A stretch of 64,000 bases of DNA. Origin: an uncultured Rhodobacteraceae bacterium (GTDB lineage: Bacteria; Pseudomonadota; Alphaproteobacteria; Rhodobacterales; Rhodobacteraceae). Position 1 is the stretch's first letter. Every line of letters starts with the position of its first letter. Below the pieces are notes generated by a model. The model saw nothing but the letters and a program-made list of their open reading frames with translations. It was not told where the DNA came from and did not search any database. The position numbers and the translations under genes were made by a program. The stretch lies in NCBI GenBank assembly GCA_938092015.1, contig CALKOT010000013.1, forward strand, positions 1,109 through 65,108. The letters run 5' to 3'. Positions 1-9,448 of the stretch are shown here, one piece after another.

Positions 1-50
1 TTGTCGATCTTTGCGTTGATGATTGGCCTCTGGGCCGGAAGGGCAATGTC

Positions 51-1088
51 ATGAGTGGCGTTCAGATGATCGTGGTCGGGCACGAAGAAGGTCAACAGCG
101 GTTGGATCGGTTCCTGCGCAAACGCTTTCCGCAACTTCAACAGGGGCGCATCGAGAAGATGTGCCGCAAAGGTGAAGTACGTGTTGAGGGTGGGCGTGTT
201 AAAAGCTCAACCCGGGTAGAGTCTGGCCAATCTGTCCGCGTACCGCCACTGCCTGCCGAAAAGGGTGAAGCGCGATCTGTACCCTCATCAGTTAGCCATG
301 CGAACGCCCGGATGATCCGTGAGGCGGTGATCTACAAAGATGACCATCTGATCGCGATCAACAAGCCGCCGGGATTGGCGACGCAAGGCGGTTCCAAACA
401 GATTCTGCATCTGGATGGACTAACAGAGGCCCTTAAATTTGAACGTGATGACGCACCACGGTTGGTGCACCGTCTGGATAAAGACACATCGGGTCTGATC
501 TTGCTCGCCCGATCCGGCCCCGCGGCGACGGCGTTGTCGAAAGCGTTTCAAAGTCGCGAGACCCTTAAAACCTATTGGGCGGCCGTCGCTGGCGCCCCAC
601 GGCCCCGTCGGGCGACGATCCGGTTTGGTCTGATCAAACTCGGGGGGAAGGGCGCCGAAAAAATGCGCTGTATACACCCTGATGAAGTGCCGTCGACTGA
701 AGGCGCTAAACGCGCCACTACGGATTATTCCGTAGTAGAGGCCGCGGCCCAGCGGGCGTCATGGGTTGCGCTTAGACCGATCACAGGGCGCACGCATCAG
801 TTGCGCGCTCATATGGCTGAAATCGGCCATCCCATCGTGGGTGATGGCAAATACGGTGGCAACAGCTCGACCAACGAAGGGGACGGATGGGGTTCACAAC
901 TGGGTGGGTCTATCAGCCGAAAGCTGCATTTGCACGCGCGATCCCTTGTGTTGCCGCATCCTGCTGATCCATCTCGAAAATTACGATTGGTGGCTGAAAT
1001 GCCTGAGCACATGAAAAACAGCTGGGACTTTTTTGGCTGGCAGGTCGATGACGAAGCTGCCGCTGACCCATTTGAGGATGAACAATGA
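51..1088 (+). CDS. RluA-family rRNA pseudouridine synthase (RluC/RluD-like, N-terminal S4-like domain)
   Basis: 345-aa ORF. An S4-like segment (RLDRFLRKRF...GEVRVEGGRV) is followed by the catalytic-Asp motif HRLDKDTSGLILLA and by GRTHQLRAH, both typical of RluA-family synthases. The ATG is preceded by GGAAGGG. Confidence 0.9.
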   Translation: MSGVQMIVVGHEEGQQRLDRFLRKRFPQLQQGRIEKMCRKGEVRVEGGRVKSSTRVESGQSVRVPPLPAEKGEARSVPSSVSHANARMIREAVIYKDDHLIAINKPPGLATQGGSKQILHLDGLTEALKFERDDAPRLVHRLDKDTSGLILLARSGPAATALSKAFQSRETLKTYWAAVAGAPRPRRATIRFGLIKLGGKGAEKMRCIHPDEVPSTEGAKRATTDYSVVEAAAQRASWVALRPITGRTHQLRAHMAEIGHPIVGDGKYGGNSSTNEGDGWGSQLGGSISRKLHLHARSLVLPHPADPSRKLRLVAEMPEHMKNSWDFFGWQVDDEAAADPFEDEQ

Positions 1089-1792
1089 CGACTTTCGTGC
1101 TTGTCCATGGTGCCTGGCATGGCGGTTGGTGCTGGTCTCGTGTCGCTAGTATCCTGCGTGAACGTGGGCACAGCGTGACGACGCCGACCCAAACTGGCGT
1201 CGGTGAAAAGTCGCACCTTTTGTCCAAGGACATCACACTGACTACTTTTGGTGAGGACATCGTCAATCACCTAAAGTTTGAAGAGCTTGATGACGTTGTG
1301 CTGGTCGGCCATTCTTTTGGCGGCGCTTCGATCTCTTATGCCGCTGATAAGATGACCGACCGGGTCCAGCGGCTCGTCTATCTGGATGCAGCGGTCATTG
1401 AGGCCGGTGAAACGCCGCTATCCAACAAACCGGTTGATGTCGCCGCGTTGCGCAGACAGCTGGCGGACGACAATGATGGCGGTCTCAGCTTGCCACCGCC
1501 GCCTGCGGTGGTGATGGGTATCACCGATCCTGATGATGCTGATTGGATAGAGCGGATGATGACGCCGCATCCGTTCAACACGATGGAAACGCCGCTTGAG
1601 ATCAGCGGCCCGCCGGGCGCAGGGCTGTTCGTAGAATACATCGCTTGCACAGACCCCTGGTATAGCCCTTTGGCGAACGATCGTGAGCGGGCTAAGGGCT
1701 ATGGGTGGGGCATGCGTGAGATTGCGGCGGGACATGATTGTATGGTGTCGGCGCCCAAAGCGCTGGCAGACCTGCTGGAGACGCCCTTGTGA
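1085..1792 (+). CDS. alpha/beta-fold hydrolase (methylesterase/SABP2-like)
   Basis: 235-aa ORF with N-terminal VLVHGAWHGGWCW and the nucleophile elbow GHSFGG. Its start overlaps the upstream stop (ATGA), suggesting translational coupling. Confidence 0.75.
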   Translation: MTTFVLVHGAWHGGWCWSRVASILRERGHSVTTPTQTGVGEKSHLLSKDITLTTFGEDIVNHLKFEELDDVVLVGHSFGGASISYAADKMTDRVQRLVYLDAAVIEAGETPLSNKPVDVAALRRQLADDNDGGLSLPPPPAVVMGITDPDDADWIERMMTPHPFNTMETPLEISGPPGAGLFVEYIACTDPWYSPLANDRERAKGYGWGMREIAAGHDCMVSAPKALADLLETPL

Positions 1793-2487
1793 AGCGGTTC
1801 TACAAATCGGTTGATGTGGCTGAAGTTGAAGCTGGCTGGTCGGTCTCGCTTGATGGAAAGCTGATCAAAACCCCCGCCAAGCGGCCCTTTGCGACGCCGA
1901 CCAAAGCGCTGGCTGAGGCCGCCGCCGCAGAGTGGGACAGTCAAGACGGTGAGATCAAACCCGCCGCCATGCCGATTACCAAATCGGTCAACACAGCGCT
2001 GGACCGGACGATGCCGGAATATGATGCCGTCGCCGATATGGTTGCTGAGTACGGTGGGTCCGATCTGATCTGCTATCGGGCTGAGGCGCCCGCAGGGCTG
2101 ATTACCCGGCAGACCGCAGCTTGGGATCCATTGCTGGAATGGTCGGCCACGCACCTGAAAGCGCGTCTGATTACGACTGTTGGCGTCATACATATGTCAC
2201 AGCCGAAAGAGGGGCAGGATGCGCTGACAGCTGCGGTTCGTCGGCATGACCCGTTTGAGCTGACCGGCCTTTATGATCTTGTAGCCCTATCAGGGTCCCT
2301 CATCATTGGGCTGGCTGTAGCCGCCGATCATATGACACTGGAAGAGGGTTGGGCGACCAGCCGGGTGGATCATATTTGGCAGGAAGATCAGTGGGGCGTG
2401 GATGATGAGGCTGCCGCGCAGGCCGCCTATAAGGCCAGGGAATTCGTGCAGGCCGCCAGATTAATCGAATTGGCCCGGACCGCTTAA
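1789..2487 (+). CDS. ATP12-family F1-ATPase assembly chaperone
   Basis: The KRFYKSVDV...GWSVSLDGKLIKTPAKRPFATPTKALAEAAAAEWDSQ N-terminus is typical of the ATP12 family. I prefer the in-frame GTG at 1789 (GTGA overlap with the upstream stop) over the track's start at 1738. Confidence 0.8.
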   Translation: MKRFYKSVDVAEVEAGWSVSLDGKLIKTPAKRPFATPTKALAEAAAAEWDSQDGEIKPAAMPITKSVNTALDRTMPEYDAVADMVAEYGGSDLICYRAEAPAGLITRQTAAWDPLLEWSATHLKARLITTVGVIHMSQPKEGQDALTAAVRRHDPFELTGLYDLVALSGSLIIGLAVAADHMTLEEGWATSRVDHIWQEDQWGVDDEAAAQAAYKAREFVQAARLIELARTA

Positions 2488-2526
2488 GAAAGCCCGCCTG
2501 GGTCGCATGATAGGCGACTGGTCTAA

Positions 2527-2570
2527 AAACCTTTCGCATGTGAAGGCAATGTTAAGTTATTGAAATTAAG
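2527..2570 (+). repeat. copy 1 of a conserved stop-proximal ~40-nt element (core AAACCTTTCGCATGTGAAGG)
   Basis: Starts 39 nt after the ATP12 stop codon. By hand alignment it matches the copies at 15838-15878 and 58705-58746 (minus) without gaps, about 30 of 40 positions against copy 2. Confidence 0.5.
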
Positions 2571-2715
2571 AGTTAAAAATTTTGAGCTGCAATTATTTGT
2601 TCGTATTTTGGTCTGAAAAATACAATTCAAACCCCGTAATGAACAGCTAGGTGAGCGGTGCCCTGGTTTTTTTCGAATTGCGAAATGCCGCTGCGCCTTC
2701 ACCCAAAAGTTAAAC

Positions 2716-2755
2716 AAAAAAAAGCCCTCGCACCTGAGTGCAAGGGCCCGTTTTT
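2716..2755 (-). terminator. rho-independent (bidirectional-looking) terminator downstream of the LysM gene
   Basis: GCCCTCGCAC/GTGCAAGGGC stem with one mismatch, flanked by an A8 run on one side and a T5 run on the other. It lies 25 nt below the minus-strand stop at 2780. Confidence 0.6.
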
Positions 2756-2779
2756 GGCGTTACAAATTTGGTAAAGCGA

Positions 2780-3928
2780 TTAGTTCTGAGCTTTTTTCCT
2801 AGTGTGCGCGACCAAATGGCGTTGCACGATTTCAAACCATTTACCGCTTTCACGAACATTCTGAATGCCCTTGTTGAGCAGCGTCATCTGTTGCTCTTTT
2901 TGAGGGTTATCTACAGACGTAACAGCATGCAGCGTAATAACCGAAGCTAGCTGTGACTGCTCTTCTACCTTCGCAGATATGTTGAGGGTCGAAATGGCGT
3001 CGTCTGCATCTGTGGACGCAACTACGACAACGTCAACTTCGCCCTCGATTAACATCTCCATGCAATCGGTTGGATTTGATGGCGTGACCATCGTGACGTT
3101 CGGCGCAACAAGATCATGCTCTTCAAGCATGAACATCGAATAGCCTGCAGGTCGGCATATTGTGCGCCCGAGAAGGTCAGCGTGGGTCGCTGGAACGTTT
3201 GCTTCGCCTGAGCGAGTGAAATATGCTATGATCTGTTCAAATAACGGGTCCGAAAAGACGAGCCGTTCGCAACGGAAACGCGAACCTTCACCAAGCTTAT
3301 CGGCGACCGAACAATTGGGCTTGAACCACGAGAGCGCAAAATCGTAAGAGCGATCTGAAATCAGCGGCTCTAAGTGAGAACTCCAGTCATTGATGAAGTC
3401 GATCCGGAATTTTTCAGCAGGCATCACAGTGGTCAAAGCTTGTGCTATCATCTCAGTCAGCATTCCCCCATTGGCGTCATTTTGATCATGGAAGGGTGCG
3501 TAGTTGCTGGCTGTCACCAAGCGAAGCATCGGGGATCGACTATCGCCAGTAACAATCGGCGCGGTAGGGCTTGCAGGCGCTGCTTGTGTAGTTGCCGTGT
3601 CGGTGGTCGTGGTTACAGTCGCAGTCGTACTAGCAGCCGATGTCCTTGCCGCCTGCACAGTTGCGCCTGGCGTCTGTCCGCGTCGGCACGGAACTTTGAT
3701 CTTCATGCCAATTTCGATCAAAGACGGCTTCGAACCAACTACAGATTTGTTGGCGTTATAGAGGTATTTCCATGACAGACCCTCACCATAAGCCATTCGG
3801 GTGACCTGCTGCAGAGTGTCACCTTTTTTGATGATGTATTCGCCGCCACAAGCCAGCGACTGGGCCTCAGCCCCGGCGCCAAACATCGCCGTTAGTCCAA
3901 ACGCGCTAATAAGTGCGGTAAGCCGCAT
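2780..3928 (-). CDS. secreted LysM-domain protein fused to a type-2 periplasmic-binding-protein (SBP_bac_3-like) domain
   Basis: 382 aa. Signal peptide (MRLTALISAFGLTAMFGAGAEA), a LysM-like segment (YIIKKGDTLQQVTRMAY...IEIGMKIKVP), a Thr/Ala-rich linker, then about 250 aa that look like an amino-acid SBP fold (motif-level judgement only). Confidence 0.7.
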   Translation of the reverse strand: MRLTALISAFGLTAMFGAGAEAQSLACGGEYIIKKGDTLQQVTRMAYGEGLSWKYLYNANKSVVGSKPSLIEIGMKIKVPCRRGQTPGATVQAARTSAASTTATVTTTTDTATTQAAPASPTAPIVTGDSRSPMLRLVTASNYAPFHDQNDANGGMLTEMIAQALTTVMPAEKFRIDFINDWSSHLEPLISDRSYDFALSWFKPNCSVADKLGEGSRFRCERLVFSDPLFEQIIAYFTRSGEANVPATHADLLGRTICRPAGYSMFMLEEHDLVAPNVTMVTPSNPTDCMEMLIEGEVDVVVVASTDADDAISTLNISAKVEEQSQLASVITLHAVTSVDNPQKEQQMTLLNKGIQNVRESGKWFEIVQRHLVAHTRKKAQN

Positions 3929-4232
3929 TCCAGCCTCCTAATCCAAAGATTGCGCCAGGATGATCTAGTCCCCTTTAGGTTTCAAGCACGGAAGGTGACC
4001 AGTGCGCAGGAAAAGTACCGAAAATTGAGATCTCGAGGTTGAGTGTCCTCGTAAGCACAGCCATCGATGAATTGAGGGCGAAAAAGCGAGGTCGATCTGA
4101 CGATTACGGAAGAACTTTAAGGTTAAGGACGCAATGAGTTGCGCGTTTGGGGGTGCTGATTCGAAACACTTTGGCGCGGGCAAGCGTCAGAAAACCCAAA
4201 ATTTCCCTGTGAATCGCAAGTATGGTGAATAT

Positions 4233-4292
4233 ATATAGGTCATATGTTGTGACCTATATCCATTTGGTTGCAAGTGAATTTCAGAATTCACT
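4233..4292. promoter_or_regulatory. two perfect inverted repeats in the long aapJ / LysM-gene divergent intergenic region
   Basis: ATATAGGTCA-N7-TGACCTATAT (4233-4259) and AGTGAATT-tcag-AATTCACT (4273-4292) sit in an AT-rich stretch about 330-390 nt upstream of the aapJ ATG. Function unknown (operator or RNA hairpin). Confidence 0.25.
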
Positions 4293-4623
4293 CAGACCAA
4301 AAGCGTGAAAAGACTGTGTTGGACGAGCGGATAATAAAGATCACACCTTGCCTAAGCCAACGATTCCGTCGCCGAAACAATGCGATAGCCCGCGGCTCTC
4401 TTTACGTTAAGGTCAGTCACTGTGACCCATTAAGGGGTTTAAAGGTCTGCGAGACACAAATTTGTTGAATTGCACAGCTGGGCGAACCTCTTGACGCGTG
4501 AATGCACAGATGTTCACACTCCAACCGCTTGGACGTTTGTTGCAGTGCAATGAAGTTGGGCAAACCAAAAGCAAAAATCCGCCTCGAGGGAGGGGCGGAA
4601 CTATCAGGGAAAAGGATTACCTT

Positions 4624-5640
4624 ATGAAAACCACTCACCTTCTTGGTGCAGCAGCTGTTGCAGCATTTGCCGCTGGTACGGCCTCTGCAGGCACGCTGGA
4701 CGACGTGAAAGCGGCGGGCGAATTGAAATGTGGCGTTTCCACTGGTCTCGTCGGTTTCGCAGCGCCAGACGCTAACGGCGTTTGGGCAGGCTTCGACGTT
4801 TCGGTCTGCCGCGCAATTGCAGCCGCCGTTCTTGGCGACTCCGATGCCGTCAAATTCGTTCCAACAACTGGCAAAACCCGCTTCACCGCGCTTGCATCTG
4901 GTGAAGTTGACGTTCTGGCCCGTAACACGACTTGGACTTTCAGCCGTGACGTTGACCTCGGCTTTGAATTCGTTGGCGTGAACTACTACGACGGTCAGGG
5001 CTTCATGGTCCCGACCGAATTGGGCGTCACCTCTGCCAAAGATCTCGACGGCGCAACGGTTTGCATCCAGACCGGTACGACGACTGAGCTCAACCTGGCC
5101 GACTACTTCCGTGCCAACAAGATTTCTTACGAGCCTGTTCCGATTGAAACCAATGCTGAAGCTCAGCAGAAGTATCTGTCGAACGCTTGTGACGTCTACA
5201 CAACGGACGCTTCTGGCTTGGCCGCAACGCGCGCTACGTTCGAAGATCCTGACGCTCACATGCTGCTGCCAGAAATCGTATCTAAAGAGCCTCTCGGCCC
5301 GCTCGTACGTCATGGCGACAACCAGTGGGGTGACATCGTTCGCTGGACACTGAACGCACTGATCACAGCTGAAGAGCTGGGCGTAACCAAAGCCAACGCT
5401 TCTGAGCTGGCGAATTCTTCCAACAACCCGGAAGTTAAGCGTCTGCTCGGCACCGAAGGTGATCTAGGCGCAATGCTGGGTCTGGAAGCTGGTTGGGCAG
5501 CCGCCGCAATCGGCGTTGCAGGCAACTACGCTGAGATCTTCGAAGCGAACATCGGCGAATCTACTGCGATTGGCCTTGCACGCGGTCTGAACGCTCAGTG
5601 GACCGATGGCGGTCTTATCTACTCTCCGCCATTCCGTTGA
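4624..5640 (+). CDS. aapJ: general L-amino-acid ABC transporter substrate-binding protein (AapJ/BztA type)
   Basis: Taking the internal ATG at 4624 gives a canonical signal peptide (MKTTHLLGAAAVAAFAAGTASA). The body is SBP family 3 and is followed by the aapQMP-type genes. The track's 4498 start adds a non-signal-like extension. Confidence 0.9.
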   Translation: MKTTHLLGAAAVAAFAAGTASAGTLDDVKAAGELKCGVSTGLVGFAAPDANGVWAGFDVSVCRAIAAAVLGDSDAVKFVPTTGKTRFTALASGEVDVLARNTTWTFSRDVDLGFEFVGVNYYDGQGFMVPTELGVTSAKDLDGATVCIQTGTTTELNLADYFRANKISYEPVPIETNAEAQQKYLSNACDVYTTDASGLAATRATFEDPDAHMLLPEIVSKEPLGPLVRHGDNQWGDIVRWTLNALITAEELGVTKANASELANSSNNPEVKRLLGTEGDLGAMLGLEAGWAAAAIGVAGNYAEIFEANIGESTAIGLARGLNAQWTDGGLIYSPPFR

Positions 5641-5658
5641 TCTGACGGACTAAGATTT

Positions 5659-5692
5659 GAAGGCGCGCTTTTCACCCGAGAAGCGCGCCTTC
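5659..5692 (+). terminator. intercistronic GC-rich hairpin (partial terminator/attenuator) between aapJ and aapQ
   Basis: Perfect 12-bp stem GAAGGCGCGCTT/AAGCGCGCCTTC with a 10-nt loop, followed by TTGCTTCC. This placement (after the SBP gene) is common in ABC operons. Confidence 0.45.
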
Positions 5693-5737
5693 TTGCTTCC
5701 TACTAAGCAATAAAGTGACCAGCAGGGGGTCCGCATT

Positions 5738-7255
5738 ATGTCCGCAACAAGGACAAACGCCCCGTCGGAGGGTTTCCGACTAAGCCAGTTAATCTACGAT
5801 ACGCGATATCGCGGCGCGACGATCCAGATCGTCGCCATGTTTGCGCTGATGCTCGCCTTCGCTTGGCTTATCAATAACACCATTCAGAATCTCGCCGCGC
5901 TCGGCAAAGAGTTCAGCTTCAGCTTTCTCTGGTCGACTGCAGGCTATGACGTGAACCAGCGGCTGCTTGAGTACACCTCGCAGTCGACCCATGGCCGCGC
6001 CGCCGTGATGGGCATCCTAAACACGCTGATCCTTGCGGTTGTTGGTTGTATAACAGCGACAGTGCTGGGTGTTCTGGCCGGCGTTGGTCGCCTATCCAGC
6101 AATTGGATCGTCGCCCGGTTGATGAGCGTTTATGTCGAAGGCTTCCGGAACGTTCCGGTCCTTCTTTGGATCATCATCGTCACCGCCGTCGTTAACGAAA
6201 GCGCGCCCGAGATCAAAGATTACAAAGTTGGTGCGCAGGGCATCGTCGTCGCACAGGGTGGCGGCGTGAACAACGTCAAAGCGCTCGATGGCGGCTCGAT
6301 CTGTCATCTGGACGGCTACGGTCCTTCTTCGGATATGGCGAAAGCTTTTTCAGACAAAGAAATCAATGCTAGCTACAGTTTGGTTCCTTCTGTCGAAGAA
6401 GGGCTGAGACAAGTTTCTACTGGTGAGTGCGAAGCCATGTCGGCGCCGCGTGATATCCTGGGCAGTGCTCTAGCGGATGGGCAGGGCGACGCAAAGCTTC
6501 TGCGGGACGGGTTCTATTCGTCAGCTCTGATCATTACAAATCGAGGCTTCTATTTCCCTGAAGTACTGTTTTCCCGAAGCCGTGGCGATGTCGATTTTGG
6601 GCTATTCAACGTTTCAAAGGATCTTCTCCTCATTATTTTTGTGATCATCGTAAGCTTATTCATCTCTGGACGAATTCGAGCATGGGCCAGTGATAAACAG
6701 GCTGTGACTGGAGTTCGCCCGAAAGTTCTTTTGCCTCGGCTTGCGGTTACCCTTGTTCCAGTGATTGTTGTTTTGTTTGCTCTTGGTTTTCACCTTGGAA
6801 CCGCCTCTCTCGGCCGGTTTAACTTTGAGGGCGGCACTTATGTCCGCGACAGTTTCATCGGTCTCTGGATCGCGTTGAGCCTTTATACCGGCGCTTTCAT
6901 TGCTGAAAGCGTTCGGGCGGGCATTCAGGCGGTCTCCAAAGGCCAGACGGAAGCCGCGTTTGCATTGGGTATGCAGCCGGGCCGCACGATAAGCTTGGTG
7001 GTTCTGCCTCAAGCGATGCGCGTCATCGTCCCGCCGCTGATCTCGCAGTATCTTAACCTCACCAAAAATACGTCTCTGGCGATTGCGGTAGGTTATATGG
7101 ATGCGACGGGCACGCTGGGTGGCATCACGCTGAACCAGACCGGCAAAGAGATGGAGACGCTGCTTCTGCTGATGGCGTTCTACCTGATCGTCTCGCTTTC
7201 GATCTCATTCGTGATGAATGTCTACAACGAACGCACGAAACTGAAGGAGCGGTGA
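5738..7255 (+). CDS. aapQ: amino-acid ABC transporter permease (AapQ/BztB type) with an enlarged periplasmic loop
   Basis: 505 aa. The C-terminal His/Glu/Gln/Arg-type permease core (SKGQTEAAFALGMQPGRTISLVVLPQAMRVIVPPLISQYLNLTKNTSLA) is recognisable. The N-terminal LIYDTRYRG is typical of AapQ. Confidence 0.9.
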   Translation: MSATRTNAPSEGFRLSQLIYDTRYRGATIQIVAMFALMLAFAWLINNTIQNLAALGKEFSFSFLWSTAGYDVNQRLLEYTSQSTHGRAAVMGILNTLILAVVGCITATVLGVLAGVGRLSSNWIVARLMSVYVEGFRNVPVLLWIIIVTAVVNESAPEIKDYKVGAQGIVVAQGGGVNNVKALDGGSICHLDGYGPSSDMAKAFSDKEINASYSLVPSVEEGLRQVSTGECEAMSAPRDILGSALADGQGDAKLLRDGFYSSALIITNRGFYFPEVLFSRSRGDVDFGLFNVSKDLLLIIFVIIVSLFISGRIRAWASDKQAVTGVRPKVLLPRLAVTLVPVIVVLFALGFHLGTASLGRFNFEGGTYVRDSFIGLWIALSLYTGAFIAESVRAGIQAVSKGQTEAAFALGMQPGRTISLVVLPQAMRVIVPPLISQYLNLTKNTSLAIAVGYMDATGTLGGITLNQTGKEMETLLLLMAFYLIVSLSISFVMNVYNERTKLKER

Positions 7256-7256
7256 T

Positions 7257-8570
7257 ATGAGTAAGAACCCCATCGCATTCGTCGCTGATGGACAGATCCC
7301 CGCTTCACCGCCGCCCTCAAACGCTGTGGGCCCGGTGAAGTGGATGAAAGACAATCTGTTCTCAGGCGCCGTCAATTCGATCCTCACCATCATGGCCCTG
7401 TTTGTTGTCTTCGCCCTGGCATATGAAATTCTGCCCTGGTTGATAAACAGCTCGTGGTTCCCGGAAGAGATGTCTCTCAAAGGGTGCCGGGCAGAAGCGG
7501 AAGGCGCCTGTTTCGCCGTTCTAGTTGAACGTCGCTGGCAATTCGTCTTTGGCTTCTATCCGCCTGAGCTGTACTGGCGTCCAACTCTGGCCTTCATCCT
7601 GCTGATCGTAGCGCTTGCACCGGTCCTCGTTGAACGCGCGCCGCGTCAGTTGCTGGCGTTGACGGCAGTCTACCCGCTGATCGGCTTCCTGCTGATTTGG
7701 GGTGGTTCAATCTGGGGTCCTTTAGCAATCATCGCCGGTTTGGTCATAGGTGGTCTGATCATCGCTAAAGGCGGCAATACGTTCAAAGCTGTGGTGGGGG
7801 AGGCGTTTGGACCGCTTGTTTCGGTCCTTACCGGTATCTTCTTCATCACCCTCTGGATGATGCTTGCGGTGTCTCCGCTTGAAACTGCGATCCATTCGGC
7901 CATCCCGATTGGCTTGCAGGAAATCCAAAGCGATAAGCTGGGCGGCTTTATGTTGTCGCTAATCATTGGTTTCGTTGGTATCGCGGCGTCCCTTCCCATC
8001 GGTATCGCGCTGGCGCTGGGCCGTCAGTCTGACCTGATGATCGTGAAGGCGATTTCAGTTGGGTTTATCGAAGCGATCCGCGGCGTGCCGCTGATCACGC
8101 TGTTGTTTGTGGCGTCAGTTCTCTTGAACTACTTCCTGCCGCCAGGCACCACCTTTGATATCATCCTGCGTGTCTGCATCATGGTCACGCTCTTTTCAGC
8201 CGCCTATATGGCTGAGGTGATCAGGGGCGGCATCGCTGGGCTTCCGAAAGGGCAGTATGAAGCGGCGGATGCGATGGGGCTTACATATGGCCAGTCGATG
8301 CGGCTGATCATTCTGCCTCAGGCGCTGAAGATCTCGATCCCCAACATCGTGTCGTCCTTTATTGGTCTCTTCAAAGACACGACACTGGTGATCATCATCG
8401 GTCTTCTCGACCCGCTTGGTCTGATCTCAACGACACGCGCGGATGCGGCGTGGAACGGTATCGTGTGGGAGCTTTATGGCTTCGTCGCACTGTTCTTCTT
8501 CGTCTTCTGTTACAGCATGTCCAAGTACTCTCAATATCTCGAGCGCAAGCTCGCGACCGACCACCGTTAA
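7257..8570 (+). CDS. aapM: amino-acid ABC transporter permease (AapM/BztC type)
   Basis: 437 aa with [11 protein letters not shown] at the N-terminus and the EAA-loop region [48 protein letters not shown]. The start lies 1 nt after the aapQ stop. Confidence 0.9.
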   Translation: MSKNPIAFVADGQIPASPPPSNAVGPVKWMKDNLFSGAVNSILTIMALFVVFALAYEILPWLINSSWFPEEMSLKGCRAEAEGACFAVLVERRWQFVFGFYPPELYWRPTLAFILLIVALAPVLVERAPRQLLALTAVYPLIGFLLIWGGSIWGPLAIIAGLVIGGLIIAKGGNTFKAVVGEAFGPLVSVLTGIFFITLWMMLAVSPLETAIHSAIPIGLQEIQSDKLGGFMLSLIIGFVGIAASLPIGIALALGRQSDLMIVKAISVGFIEAIRGVPLITLLFVASVLLNYFLPPGTTFDIILRVCIMVTLFSAAYMAEVIRGGIAGLPKGQYEAADAMGLTYGQSMRLIILPQALKISIPNIVSSFIGLFKDTTLVIIIGLLDPLGLISTTRADAAWNGIVWELYGFVALFFFVFCYSMSKYSQYLERKLATDHR

Positions 8571-8581
8571 GGAGCTATAAA

Positions 8582-9385
8582 ATGGCTGAAGCCACTCATG
8601 AAACCATGGTCGATCGTTCGATTGACACAACGAAAATGCAGGTCTCGGACGAGGTCGCGATTGAGATTAACGGGATGAACAAGTGGTACGGGGATTTCCA
8701 CGTGCTGCGCGACATCAACCTGACTGTTAATCGCGGCGAACGGATTGTTGTTTGCGGCCCTTCGGGGTCCGGCAAATCCACCCTGATCCGCTGTATCAAC
8801 CGGCTTGAGGAACATCAGAAAGGTGACATCATCGTCGATGGAACCGAACTGAATTCGGATCTCAAGAACCTCGACAAGGTCCGGGCAGAGGTTGGCATGT
8901 GCTTTCAGCACTTCAACCTCTTTCCCCATCTGACGATCTTGGAAAACTGCACGCTGGCCCCGATTTGGGTGCGTAAAACGCCCAAGAAAGAGGCGGATGA
9001 AACAGCGATGCACTTCCTGGAAAAGGTGAAGATCCCTGAGCAGGCCGACAAGTACCCCGGTCAGCTTTCAGGTGGACAGCAGCAGCGTGTAGCGATTGCC
9101 CGTTCGCTCTGTATGAAGCCACGGATCATGCTGTTTGATGAGCCTACATCCGCCCTTGACCCTGAGATGATCAAAGAGGTGCTCGACACCATGATCGAGC
9201 TTGCGGAAGAAGGCATGACGATGATCTGCGTGACGCACGAGATGGGCTTTGCCCGTCAGGTCGCCAACCGCGTGATCTTTATGGATGCGGGCCAGATTGT
9301 TGAGCAGAATGAACCGGAAGAGTTCTTCAACAATCCACAGTCAGAACGCACACAGTTGTTCCTGAGCCAGATCCTGGGCCATTAA
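8582..9385 (+). CDS. aapP: amino-acid ABC transporter ATP-binding protein (AapP/BztD type)
   Basis: Walker [10 protein letters not shown], signature [13 protein letters not shown], Walker [13 protein letters not shown] prefer the ATG at 8582 (MAEATHE...) to the track's 8450 start, which overlaps aapM. Confidence 0.95.
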   Translation: MAEATHETMVDRSIDTTKMQVSDEVAIEINGMNKWYGDFHVLRDINLTVNRGERIVVCGPSGSGKSTLIRCINRLEEHQKGDIIVDGTELNSDLKNLDKVRAEVGMCFQHFNLFPHLTILENCTLAPIWVRKTPKKEADETAMHFLEKVKIPEQADKYPGQLSGGQQQRVAIARSLCMKPRIMLFDEPTSALDPEMIKEVLDTMIELAEEGMTMICVTHEMGFARQVANRVIFMDAGQIVEQNEPEEFFNNPQSERTQLFLSQILGH

Positions 9386-9412
9386 ACCCAAGCCATCTTT
9401 GTAAAGAAGAAA

Positions 9413-9446
9413 GGCCCTTCCCCTTAATTGGGGGAGGGCCTTTTTT
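9413..9446. terminator. rho-independent terminator after aapP (shared with the convergent small ORF)
   Basis: GGCCCTTCCCC-ttaatt-GGGGGAGGGCC stem-loop followed by T6, with an A-rich run on the other side. Confidence 0.7.
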
Positions 9447-9448
9447 GT

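Noticed and set aside
2640-2675. Possible terminator of an intergenic sRNA (…AGCTAGGTGAGCGGTGCCCTGGTTTTTTT).
   Set aside because: Only a weak 5-7-bp stem with wobble pairs can be drawn before the T7 run. Without expression data this is not supportable as an RNA gene.
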